A stretch of DNA of 64,000 nt. Source: Candidatus Nanohaloarchaea archaeon (GTDB lineage Archaea > Nanohalarchaeota > Nanosalinia > Nanosalinales > Nanosalinaceae). Under the pieces are notes generated by a model. The model made no database searches and had not been told where the DNA came from. It worked only from the letters and a program-made list of their open reading frames with translations. Position 1 is the stretch's first letter. Each line of letters starts with the position of its first letter. Shown piece after piece: positions 55,521-64,000 of this stretch. The DNA lies in NCBI GenBank assembly GCA_013343275.1, contig CP046106.1, positions 128,001 to 192,000 of the forward strand, in the 5' to 3' direction. A program made the position numbers and the translations under genes.

Positions 55521-56135
55521 ATGCCAGCACAAGGAGACCAGTGCATCTTCTGCCAGCTAATGGAGCAGCCAGAACAACTCAACATAATCGCAGAGACAGA
55601 CAACTTCTACGTATGGCACGAATATCCAGAGCCAAGAGCCAGAGGCCAGGCCAACGTAGTACCCAAAGAACACAAAGAATCGATAATGGAGCTCTCACCG
55701 GCAGAGTACAGCGAGGCCATGACACTGGTCAGAGAAGTAATGGAGAAAGCAAAAGACGGCATCGATGCAGAAGGCCTCACAGTTGTAATACCGGAAGGCC
55801 AGATGGGAGGCCAGATGCTGGACCACATGTACATACAGATATTCCCACGGTTCGAGGACGACGAAAACGCAGGCACACCGGCCTCAGCAGTCTTCCCGCA
55901 GAAAGAAATGAGCGAACAGGAAATCAAAGACACAGCCGACACAATGGCCTCAATAGATGCCAACTTCCAGACAGAGACCATCGAACCACACCCCGACAGT
56001 CAGAAATTCAAGGAAAACTCAGGTAACTCGGCCTCGATAAATACAGGTCCTGAAGAGGAAACAGAGAATGGAGACCAGGAACAGGAAACCGAGGAGGCCT
56101 CAGATTTCGAAGGAAAAAGTTACAGCTGGGAGTAA
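55521..56135 (+). CDS. HIT-family protein with degenerate histidine triad
   Basis: CIFC, VVPKEH, GQMLDHMYIQIFPR. Confidence 0.82.
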   Translation: MPAQGDQCIFCQLMEQPEQLNIIAETDNFYVWHEYPEPRARGQANVVPKEHKESIMELSPAEYSEAMTLVREVMEKAKDGIDAEGLTVVIPEGQMGGQMLDHMYIQIFPRFEDDENAGTPASAVFPQKEMSEQEIKDTADTMASIDANFQTETIEPHPDSQKFKENSGNSASINTGPEEETENGDQEQETEEASDFEGKSYSWE

Positions 56136-56242
56136 GTTAGCCCGCTAAATATTCTACACCTGTTTTTATTTTCTCTGGCAGAACCAAACTAAATTCTGGA
56201 CTGCGGAAAATGCTTTTAACATTCCGAGTCTGAAATCGGTGT

Positions 56243-59200
56243 ATGACCGACTACAATCCAGAAAAAATTGAAGAAACAGTTCTCAATCAATGGAACGAGA
56301 ACGACACCAGGAAAAAAGTACTGAACAGAAACAAGGGAAATGAAAGGTTCTACTTCCTTGACGGGCCTCCTTACGCATCAGGAAATATTCACATGGGTAC
56401 AGGCCTCAACAAAATACTGAAGGACTTCTATCTACGATTCCACAGGAAGCTTGGCTACAATGTACACAGCCAGCCAGGTTACGATACTCACGGCCTTCCA
56501 ATCGAGAACAAGGTTGAGGAGGAGAAAGGCTTCAACTCGAAGAAAGAGATCGAGGAGTTCGGTGTAGAGAACTTCATTAAGGAATGCCAGAAGTTCGTCG
56601 ACCAGCATATCGACCAGATGAACGACGACTTCGAGGACATGGGAGTCTGGATGGACTGGGAGAACCCTTACGTAACGTACCACGACTACTACATTGAAGG
56701 CGCATGGCAGACCTTCAAGGAAGCCTACCAGAAAGACTTCCTGTACGAGGACCAGTACCCTGTACATATCTGCACACGCTGTGAAACAGCAGTAGCGTAC
56801 AACGAAATTGAGTATACTAAACTGAATGATCCAGAGGTCTACGTCGCTATGCCAGTCAGAGACTCCGATACCGAGTTCTTGATCTGGACTACAACTCCAT
56901 GGACACTGCCGGCAAACGCAGCGATCATGGTAGGTCCAAGCTACAAGTACTCTCTTGTACAGTTCAACGACAGAAAAGTCTGGATGGCCTCAGAACTCGT
57001 CGATGAGATAATGGACAAGTTCGGTATAGAGGAGTACGATATACTGAAAGAGGTTGAAGGTTCAGAGCTTGAAGGCCTCGAATACGACCACCCTCTGGAA
57101 AACATTGTTCCTGCACAGGATAAAGTGCAGGGCCGTGTAGTTCTATCCGAGCGCTACGTCGATCTGGAAGGAGGAACAGGCCTTGTACACTCCGCACCGG
57201 GACACGGTAAGGAGGACTACGAGGTAGGCCAGGAAAACGATATTAAACAGATCTCTCCTGTCGATCTGAAAGGAGAGTTCACAGAAGAAGCCGGAAAGTA
57301 TGAGGGAACATACGTTAAGGATGCGGACCCGGAGATCATGGATGATCTCGCCGACCAGCTTCTCTACTCCGGCGAAATAAGACACGAATATCCGAAGTGC
57401 TGGAGATGCGACACCCCATTACTACAGCTCTCGATCCCGCAGTGGTTCTTCGGAGCTACAAAGTTCAGAGAGGAACTGATCGAAAGCAACGAAGAGGTTA
57501 ACTGGGTTCCTGACTGGGCCGGCCAGAAGTTCCATGAATGGCTGGAACAGCTCGGCGACTGGCCTGTATCCCGGCAGCGTTACTGGGGAATCCCGCTTCC
57601 AATCTGGGAGTGCAACGACTGCGACCACACCAAGGTCATCGGAGACAGATCAGAGCTTCCGGAAGTACCCGACGATCTTCACAGGCCTTACATCGACAAT
57701 GTAGAGCTTGACTGTGAGGAATGTGGCGGCACAATGGAAAGAATTCCTGACGTGCTGGATGTATGGTTCGATTCAGGGGTAGCTCCATGGGCCTCACTGA
57801 AGCATCCGGAGATCGACTTCAGCTTCGAGGAACATAATCCTGTAGATCTTGAGCTTGAAGGATTCGACCAGATCCGTGGATGGTGGAACAGCCAGTTCAT
57901 AACATCGCACATGACCTATGATCAGAAACCTTTCGAGAACGTCATCTACCACGGAAAGGTAATGCTTGATGGCAAGGAAATGTCGAAGTCCAAAGGTATT
58001 GTAGTCTCTCCAGGAGAGGCCATCGAGAAATACGGTAGAGACGTACTCAGATTCTTCATCCTGTCCGGAGACCCAAGCGACGATCTTAACTTCACATGGG
58101 ACAAGATGGAGGAAAACCAGGAGTTCATGAACATCCTCTGGAACACCTACAACTACAAAGAAACCTACACAGAGGAAAGAGAAAGGCCTGAGGACCTCAA
58201 CATTGAGGATGAATGGATTCTATCCAGGTTGAATACTCTTATCGAGGATGTCCGAGAGTACTCAACTGAGCCAAATTATCAGGCCTTCAAGGCTGCTCAA
58301 GAGGTAGAAAGGTTTACTAAAGAGGATCTCTCCCGTGGATACATCAAGATGATCCGTGACAGGCTCCGGCCTGGATACGAGGGAGATGACAGGAAGGCTG
58401 CCGAATGGACTCTGCAGAAAGTCTGCGACGAGCTTCTCCAGGTTATGTCGCCTTTCCTACCTTACCTGACAGAGTACCTCTACTCTGGTGAAGCAGACTC
58501 CATCCATATGCTGGATTATCCAGAGGTAGAGGAAGAGTTCATCGATGAGGCCCTTGAAAGGGAGATGGAGCTGTTCCAAGATATTGAGGAGGCCGTTGCC
58601 CGGCTTCGACAGGAGAAAGGAATCAAGCTCCGTCACCCTGTCAAGAAGGTCACTGTATCAGGCAGCGAAGAAGTCAGAGAGGCCGTTGAGAGCCTGGAAG
58701 AGCTTCTGGAGGAGCGATTGAATACGCGCGATGTTTCTTTCGAGAAAGTCGAGCTGGATTATGAGGTAAAGCTTGACTACGCGAAGGCCGGCCCGGAGCT
58801 TGGAGGAGATGTAAAATCCGTTGAGTCTTCGCTGGCTGAGATGGATCACAACGATCTTGCTGATAAAATCGAAGACGGAGAATCAATAGAAGTCGGAGGC
58901 CACGAGCTGAGCTCTGATATGTTCGAGGTCAGAAGCTTTGTTCCTGAAGGAATGGAGGGAGAAGAGTTCTCCGAGGGAACCGTCTACATCGACGACGAAA
59001 TGACAGAAGAGCTGAAAGATGAGGCCCTGGTTGCAGAAGTTCTCAGAGAGCTGCAGCAAGCCAGAAAAGAGGCCGAACTGGATGTAGAGGATACAGTCGA
59101 TGTCTCGTTCGGTGGTGACGTTGGGCCTGTACAGGATAATATCGAAACTGTCAGGGATCGTGTGAACGTGGCCTCGATTGACTTCGAGGATAGGGATCTC

Positions 59201-59269
59201 GAGTTCTCAGGAAGCGTCGAGTTCGAGGATAGAAAAGTTTCCTACAGCTTTTCGAGGCCTGTGGAGTAA
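56243..59269 (+). CDS. ileS: Isoleucyl-tRNA synthetase
   Basis: DGPPYASGNIHMG, DTHGLPIE, WTTTPWTLP, SRQRYWG, EMSKS. Confidence 0.96.
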   Translation: MTDYNPEKIEETVLNQWNENDTRKKVLNRNKGNERFYFLDGPPYASGNIHMGTGLNKILKDFYLRFHRKLGYNVHSQPGYDTHGLPIENKVEEEKGFNSKKEIEEFGVENFIKECQKFVDQHIDQMNDDFEDMGVWMDWENPYVTYHDYYIEGAWQTFKEAYQKDFLYEDQYPVHICTRCETAVAYNEIEYTKLNDPEVYVAMPVRDSDTEFLIWTTTPWTLPANAAIMVGPSYKYSLVQFNDRKVWMASELVDEIMDKFGIEEYDILKEVEGSELEGLEYDHPLENIVPAQDKVQGRVVLSERYVDLEGGTGLVHSAPGHGKEDYEVGQENDIKQISPVDLKGEFTEEAGKYEGTYVKDADPEIMDDLADQLLYSGEIRHEYPKCWRCDTPLLQLSIPQWFFGATKFREELIESNEEVNWVPDWAGQKFHEWLEQLGDWPVSRQRYWGIPLPIWECNDCDHTKVIGDRSELPEVPDDLHRPYIDNVELDCEECGGTMERIPDVLDVWFDSGVAPWASLKHPEIDFSFEEHNPVDLELEGFDQIRGWWNSQFITSHMTYDQKPFENVIYHGKVMLDGKEMSKSKGIVVSPGEAIEKYGRDVLRFFILSGDPSDDLNFTWDKMEENQEFMNILWNTYNYKETYTEERERPEDLNIEDEWILSRLNTLIEDVREYSTEPNYQAFKAAQEVERFTKEDLSRGYIKMIRDRLRPGYEGDDRKAAEWTLQKVCDELLQVMSPFLPYLTEYLYSGEADSIHMLDYPEVEEEFIDEALEREMELFQDIEEAVARLRQEKGIKLRHPVKKVTVSGSEEVREAVESLEELLEERLNTRDVSFEKVELDYEVKLDYAKAGPELGGDVKSVESSLAEMDHNDLADKIEDGESIEVGGHELSSDMFEVRSFVPEGMEGEEFSEGTVYIDDEMTEELKDEALVAEVLRELQQARKEAELDVEDTVDVSFGGDVGPVQDNIETVRDRVNVASIDFEDRDLEFSGSVEFEDRKVSYSFSRPVE

Positions 59270-59285
59270 CAGAGGTGATCCAGCA

Positions 59286-60386
59286 ATGACAGAAGAAGTA
59301 GGGCCAGCTGTAGATTTCATTAAAGGTATTGACGAAGATGACAGGGTTGTGATTATCCATCACTGGGATATGGATGGCACATCCAGCTCAGTTATCACCT
59401 CCAGGATCTTGGAAGAGGTTAGAGGCCGTCCAGCGGACGAAGTCTCTATTCCTGAGGAAAGAGCCTACCATCTAGGTGAGGACGATCACAGGAAACTGGA
59501 GGATGCTGACAAACTGATTGTTCTAGACTTCAACCTGAAGGCCGACGAACTTGAAGAGCTGAACCAGGATCAGGACGTGCTGGTAGTTGACCACCACAGC
59601 TTTGATCGTGTGCCTGATGTTCCGTTCGTCAATCCGAGAGAGTTCGATGATGAAGTCTATGTACCGTGCAGCAAGATCTGTCTCGATATTGCAGAACAGT
59701 TCGGTATAAGAGAGCAGGTTAAATGGATTGCAGGCCTCGGAGTAATACAGGATTTCGGAGTAGATTCCTGCCCGGAGCTTTTCGAGGAACTGAAACAGGA
59801 GTACAAGGAATTCTTCCCGGAAGAACTCAGTCAACAACAGCTGGCGAAAAACTGCGAATACGGCCGGTACAGTAGTGTTCTTAACATCAAACCGTACCGT
59901 GACTCCGCACACTTTGCAAAACTCGCATATGAGGCCCTGATGAAATCAGAGGACTTGAAAGAGTTAGAGGCCCAAGAGGAGTACCGTCAGGTCTATGAGG
60001 TATATCTCGAGATGCAGGACGAGTTCAACGATGTTATGGAGAACTACGAGGAGGAACGTGAGATCGACAGGGAACAGTGCATAATATTCTTCGAACTGGA
60101 CTCCGACTTCCACATCACCTCTTCGATCGCCACTAATATGTCAACGAAGACTCCGGAGTGGATCCATCTCGTTATTCAGAGAGACGACGAGGTCAATATC
60201 TCGGCAAGATGTCAGAGCGGCCGGGTAGATCTAGGAGAGCTTATGGAAGAGGCTTTGCCGGAATCCGCTGTTGAGGAAGGCGCTGAAGCAGGAGGCCACC
60301 GGAAGGCTGCAGGAGCTTCAATGCCGGACGAATACTTCGAAGATTTCAAGGGGAACTTCAAAGAACTGGTGAAGCAGAATGGATAA
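59286..60386 (+). CDS. DHH/DHHA1 phosphoesterase (RecJ-like)
   Basis: HHWDMDG, VLD, VDHH, AGGHRKAAG; GAGGTGA SD before ATG 59286. Confidence 0.9.
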   Translation: MTEEVGPAVDFIKGIDEDDRVVIIHHWDMDGTSSSVITSRILEEVRGRPADEVSIPEERAYHLGEDDHRKLEDADKLIVLDFNLKADELEELNQDQDVLVVDHHSFDRVPDVPFVNPREFDDEVYVPCSKICLDIAEQFGIREQVKWIAGLGVIQDFGVDSCPELFEELKQEYKEFFPEELSQQQLAKNCEYGRYSSVLNIKPYRDSAHFAKLAYEALMKSEDLKELEAQEEYRQVYEVYLEMQDEFNDVMENYEEEREIDREQCIIFFELDSDFHITSSIATNMSTKTPEWIHLVIQRDDEVNISARCQSGRVDLGELMEEALPESAVEEGAEAGGHRKAAGASMPDEYFEDFKGNFKELVKQNG

Positions 60387-60422
60387 AAACTGTTTAAAAA
60401 GAGGAAAACTAGATAGTTTACC

Positions 60423-60563
60423 ATGAGCAGAAAAGAAGACAACGCCCGCAAGCAGTTAGACGAGGCAAAGGAAATGCTCGGAATCTCCGACGAGAGAGCA
60501 GACGAAATCTTCAACGACGAAACCAACCACAAACAGGAGAAAAGGAAAGAGAAGGAGAAGTAA
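60423..60563 (+). CDS. Small hypothetical protein (46 aa)
   Basis: MSRKEDNARKQLDEAKEMLGISDERADEIF...; TTTAAAA box about 25-30 nt upstream; not in ORF track. Confidence 0.55.
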   Translation: MSRKEDNARKQLDEAKEMLGISDERADEIFNDETNHKQEKRKEKEK

Positions 60564-60591
60564 CGGATTAGTAAGGGTTAGCCATACTAAT

Positions 60592-61194
60592 CTATCCAAG
60601 CTTTCTTTTCCAATGTTTCTCTAAGCGTGACGCCGTTACTTTCTCACTCATTTTCTTTTTGAAAGTCTCTTTCTGACTCTGAGTCAAGTCCTCGCTGTAA
60701 CTCCATTTCTCAAGCCACTTTTCCTCTTCTACTTCTGACCTTACTCTGGCTTTGTCGAAAACTATCTCTCCGAAATCCATCTGGAACATTTTGCCATCTC
60801 TGTACCCATTGTTAACAGTAAAGTTGTAGATGGTGTCTCCAATGCCGTAGCGCCACAGTTCGTGGAGGAGATTAATGTAGTCATCAACTATCTCGGGAAA
60901 CTCTTTCCCCTCGAAATCCTCAACCGGAGTCATTAAGTTCTGGTACACTTCTGGGTCTTCTACCCTCTTTATTCCAAAAAGCTTTCTCTCAGGGATATCA
61001 GAAGAAACAATCCTTCCAACAGCTTTTTCCCTCCTATCAAGGCCTTTACTCACTAGGCTTTCCACAGACTCCTGTCTGGACTCCCAGCTCTTAATAGTCT
61101 CTACCATCTCCTCCCGAGACTTCGGAACCTTCCGTACAGTATCCTCACTGATCCTATACACTGTGTACTGAAGGCCTTCACCAATCTTCCTCAT
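60592..61194 (-). CDS. Protein-kinase-like fold protein
   Basis: KIGEGLQYTVY, VRK, GIGD...NNG, MDFG. Confidence 0.6.
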   Translation of the reverse strand: MRKIGEGLQYTVYRISEDTVRKVPKSREEMVETIKSWESRQESVESLVSKGLDRREKAVGRIVSSDIPERKLFGIKRVEDPEVYQNLMTPVEDFEGKEFPEIVDDYINLLHELWRYGIGDTIYNFTVNNGYRDGKMFQMDFGEIVFDKARVRSEVEEEKWLEKWSYSEDLTQSQKETFKKKMSEKVTASRLEKHWKRKLG

Positions 61195-61201
61195 GTAGAA
61201 A

Positions 61202-62650
61202 TCACTTCAGCCATTTACTTCCTTCCTCAGTGTCCTCTACCTCGAAGCCGAGATCTTCCAGCCTGTCACGGATCATATCGGAAGTCTCCCAGTCCTCTTC
61301 CTCACGGGCCTCATCACGCAGTTCCATCAAGAGATCAGCAAGCTCCGATTCCTCTTCAGAGGCCTGAGGCCTGATATCAACTCCTAGAACTTGGAATAAC
61401 TTTTCCAGTGTGTCAGCATATTTTGGCTTGACGTCTCCCTCTATCGAATTTAAGTGGTTTACAACTTCCAGGAGATATTGCTTTGCTCGCGGAGTGTTGA
61501 GGTCATCATCCATTCTCTCTCTAAACTCTTTCTCAATCTCATCTGTAGAGGTATCATAATTTACCGGAGATTCTGCTGAGATACTACTATCTCTTATTTT
61601 CTTCACAGTCCTTCTCACTCGCTGAAGCTCTTTCTCGGCTTTTTCCAGGCCTTTGATCGAGAAATTGGTCTCGCTGCGGTAATGAGTGCTGATAAGGTAA
61701 AGCCTGATCGCATCGCCACTGAAATCTTTTTCCAGCAGCTCTCTTACGGTATAGAAATTGCCTTCGGACTTCGACATCTTCTCTCCTTCAACATTAATGA
61801 ACTCATTGTGAAGCCAGTAACGGGCCTGACCTTCTCCGGAAGCTGCAAAGGCCTGAGCTCTCTCATTTGGATGGTGTGGGAAGATATGGTCTTTTCCACC
61901 GGCGTGGATATCGAACTCGTCGCCCAGGTACTTCTGGGACATGACAGAACACTCGATATGCCAGCCGGGATATCCAACAGATTCGACTAATTCGCCGTCG
62001 ATCTCGAACTTGGCCGTCCATTTCATCAGATGGCCGGAGTCCTCGGCGTCCAACCAGAGGGCGAAATCAAACTGGTTCTTCTTTTTTTCGTCCGGCTCTA
62101 CACGGCTTCTGGCCTCTTCCTTCAACTGTTCCAGATCTTTGTTCGCCATCTCGCCGTACGGATAATCCTGTGCAAACTTCTCGACGTCGAAGTAGATATT
62201 GCCGTCAACCTCGTACGCGTATCCATTATCTATAATCTTCTGAACGTACTCGATCATCTCGTTGATATGGCCTGTTGCTCTCGGCACGATATCTTGACGC
62301 TTGACATTCAAGGCCTTCGTATCCTCGAAGTAGCGCTCGATCTGATCCTCTACAAGCTCCATAGGCTCAAGGCCTAGCTTTTTCGCCCGTTTCTCAACTT
62401 TATCTTCTCCCTGATCGCCATCGTCAGTTAGATGGCCTACATCTGTGATGTTCTGTACATGCCGGACCGTATATCCTTTCCACCGTAGGTATCGAGTTAG
62501 TGTATCCCAGGCTGTGTAGGCCTTGGCGTTTCCAATGTGGAGGTCGTCGTAGATTGTCTGCCCGCAGCTGTAGAAAGTAAATTTTCCTTCTTCAAGAGGT
62601 TTGAATTCTTCTTTCTCCCGTGTCAGCGTATTGAATAACTTCAGTGTCAT
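61202..62650 (-). CDS. cysS: Cysteinyl-tRNA synthetase
   Basis: CGQTIY..LHIGN, DFALW, PGWHIECS, FPHH, KMSKS. Confidence 0.97.
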   Translation of the reverse strand: MTLKLFNTLTREKEEFKPLEEGKFTFYSCGQTIYDDLHIGNAKAYTAWDTLTRYLRWKGYTVRHVQNITDVGHLTDDGDQGEDKVEKRAKKLGLEPMELVEDQIERYFEDTKALNVKRQDIVPRATGHINEMIEYVQKIIDNGYAYEVDGNIYFDVEKFAQDYPYGEMANKDLEQLKEEARSRVEPDEKKKNQFDFALWLDAEDSGHLMKWTAKFEIDGELVESVGYPGWHIECSVMSQKYLGDEFDIHAGGKDHIFPHHPNERAQAFAASGEGQARYWLHNEFINVEGEKMSKSEGNFYTVRELLEKDFSGDAIRLYLISTHYRSETNFSIKGLEKAEKELQRVRRTVKKIRDSSISAESPVNYDTSTDEIEKEFRERMDDDLNTPRAKQYLLEVVNHLNSIEGDVKPKYADTLEKLFQVLGVDIRPQASEEESELADLLMELRDEAREEEDWETSDMIRDRLEDLGFEVEDTEEGSKWLK

Positions 62651-62849
62651 TTTAGTTCAGCTCCGAGCAGCGCTGTAACTAGGTTTAGAAGTTCAGAATT
62701 AAAGGCCTGTCGAAACAGAGAACTGTTTCCTGAGACAAAAACGTCCACCTTTGCTGCTCATAACTGAGGTTTGCGATGTGAATAATTAAAAACTCAGGCC
62801 TTTCACTCTGGCGAAACCAATTAATCCCTGGGCCTCGGTAACTGGATAC

Positions 62850-63551
62850 ATGGTATTTGGAGATGTAGAGATGGTGCATAGAGTGGAGGATATTCCACAT
62901 GATCGCGGGGTATACGTGATCGTGGATGTGAAGTACTTTTCATCGACTGTAGTTGAGCTCTTCTCCCAGGGGATAGAGGAAGTGCATGTCAGCGAGGAAA
63001 GAGGAGATGAACACAGGTTCAAGGAGGAAAACCCTGGATCTGTGATCGGAGGGCCTACCCTACCAGGCTACGAAGTTGAGGAAGGCTACGACTTCTTTAA
63101 CTCTCCTGCATCCGTTCGAAAGGTAGAAGGGATAGAAGATGCGGATTCAGCAGCTCTCACCTCCTCGAATGGCGGAAGAGCGATCAACAGGCTGATGGAG
63201 AAAGATGAAGATCCGGATATATTTGTAGGTTCAACAACAAATGCCAGGCCTCTCGGAAAATACCTCAGGGAGAACATGGAACCTTCCGATATCTGTATAG
63301 TGCCATGTGGCTCAAAAGGCGTTCCTGCAGCAGAGGACTATATAGGAGCAGTCCACATCTCCGCAGCAATCAACCAGAGAGAAATTTCCGATAAAAAATA
63401 CAGAAGTCATACCAGCGTGATACGAAACGCGAAAGGGCCCTACCAGGAAAGACATGAACACCGGCAGAAAGACGCCGATATCGCCTCAAACTTCAACAGC
63501 TGTCAGGCCGTACCTAGAGCCAAGGGCCGAGTACTCGAAGATATAGAATAG
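62850..63551 (+). CDS. comB: 2-phosphosulfolactate phosphatase (ComB-like)
   Basis: VIVDV..FSST, FNSP, LTSSNG, EDYIGA. Confidence 0.78.
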   Translation: MVFGDVEMVHRVEDIPHDRGVYVIVDVKYFSSTVVELFSQGIEEVHVSEERGDEHRFKEENPGSVIGGPTLPGYEVEEGYDFFNSPASVRKVEGIEDADSAALTSSNGGRAINRLMEKDEDPDIFVGSTTNARPLGKYLRENMEPSDICIVPCGSKGVPAAEDYIGAVHISAAINQREISDKKYRSHTSVIRNAKGPYQERHEHRQKDADIASNFNSCQAVPRAKGRVLEDIE

Positions 63552-63559
63552 TGTGTGAT

Positions 63560-64000
63560 CTAGAACGGAGCTTTCTCTATTTTCTCGAGGAACTGGGCCT
63601 GATCTTCCCTGTTTTCCAGTCTTTCAGCTTCTTCTGAGTGCACGAAGTCTGTTAGTTCTCCTGGCTCAACCCATTTAACCTCTGCGAGGTCATCGAGGGC
63701 TTCTGCGTCTTTTTCTTCGGCTTCGCAGTGGAATACTATCTGCAGAGAATCTTTTTCTCCTCCGTCCCATGCAAATGTCATTACGTCGACTGTCTGATGT
63801 ACGTCTACTTCAAGGCCTGTCTCTTCCTCTACTTCTCTTTCTATTGCTTCCTCTACCTGTTCTCCATGTTCTAAATGGCCGCCGAGTAGGTGCCATTCTC
63901 CGCTGATTGGATGGCCTTCTGTTTCTTCTTTCCTGCCTATCAGGATTTCTCCTCTGTGTGTTATCAGACCTTTGACAACAGTTCTGAAATCGTGTTTTTC
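63560..64000 (-). CDS. NUDIX hydrolase (5' end beyond the window)
   Basis: Open frame to the edge includes WHLLGGHLEHGEQVEEAIEREVEEETGL. Confidence 0.85.
   Translation of the reverse strand, partial: EKHDFRTVVKGLITHRGEILIGRKEETEGHPISGEWHLLGGHLEHGEQVEEAIEREVEEETGLEVDVHQTVDVMTFAWDGGEKDSLQIVFHCEAEEKDAEALDDLAEVKWVEPGELTDFVHSEEAERLENREDQAQFLEKIEKAPF

Noticed and set aside
62651-62849. Regulatory leader or small ORFs upstream of cysS
   Set aside because: No recognisable riboswitch or T-box features; the short ORFs have atypical composition.

Overview
Archaeal chromosome segment, most consistent with a nanohaloarchaeon (DPANN). This is inferred from the very acidic proteome, archaeal TFB, histone, Mat-type SAM synthetase, a stand-alone 5S rRNA, short intergenic spaces and apparently leaderless genes. 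Positions 1 to ~12.5 kb are the right-hand part of an integrated mobile element. Its backbone (1-7.45 kb) is almost free of CG dinucleotides and carries a HerA/FtsK-like ATPase-wHTH, a wHTH-MCM helicase, an inverted 9-bp iteron array directly upstream of MCM, RHH and Zn-ribbon genes, and a palindromic operator region. AT-rich cargo follows (AbiTii-domain and membrane proteins). A 13-bp direct repeat resembling a tRNA-Ala 3' end brackets a further islet encoding an Mrr-type nuclease. The rest is core genome: oapABC/arvABC, TFB, four tRNAs, 5S rRNA, a complete fructose-type PTS with 1-phosphofructokinase, Mat, Pcm, UDG, an RNA m5C methyltransferase, HtpX, DinB, a TtuA/Ncs6 enzyme, histone, IleRS, CysRS and ComB. 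The most striking signals are: (1) very strong iteration of the palindrome AGGCCT, with a PAP2 gene apparently broken by a deletion that joins exactly at an AGGCCT; (2) the CG-depleted MCM element and its candidate origin; (3) a catalytic-domain-only class I LysRS paralog; (4) a structured tRNA-Tyr leader containing a copy of the tRNA 5' end; (5) a full PTS in a putative DPANN genome. All calls come from reading motifs by eye; no database searches were run.
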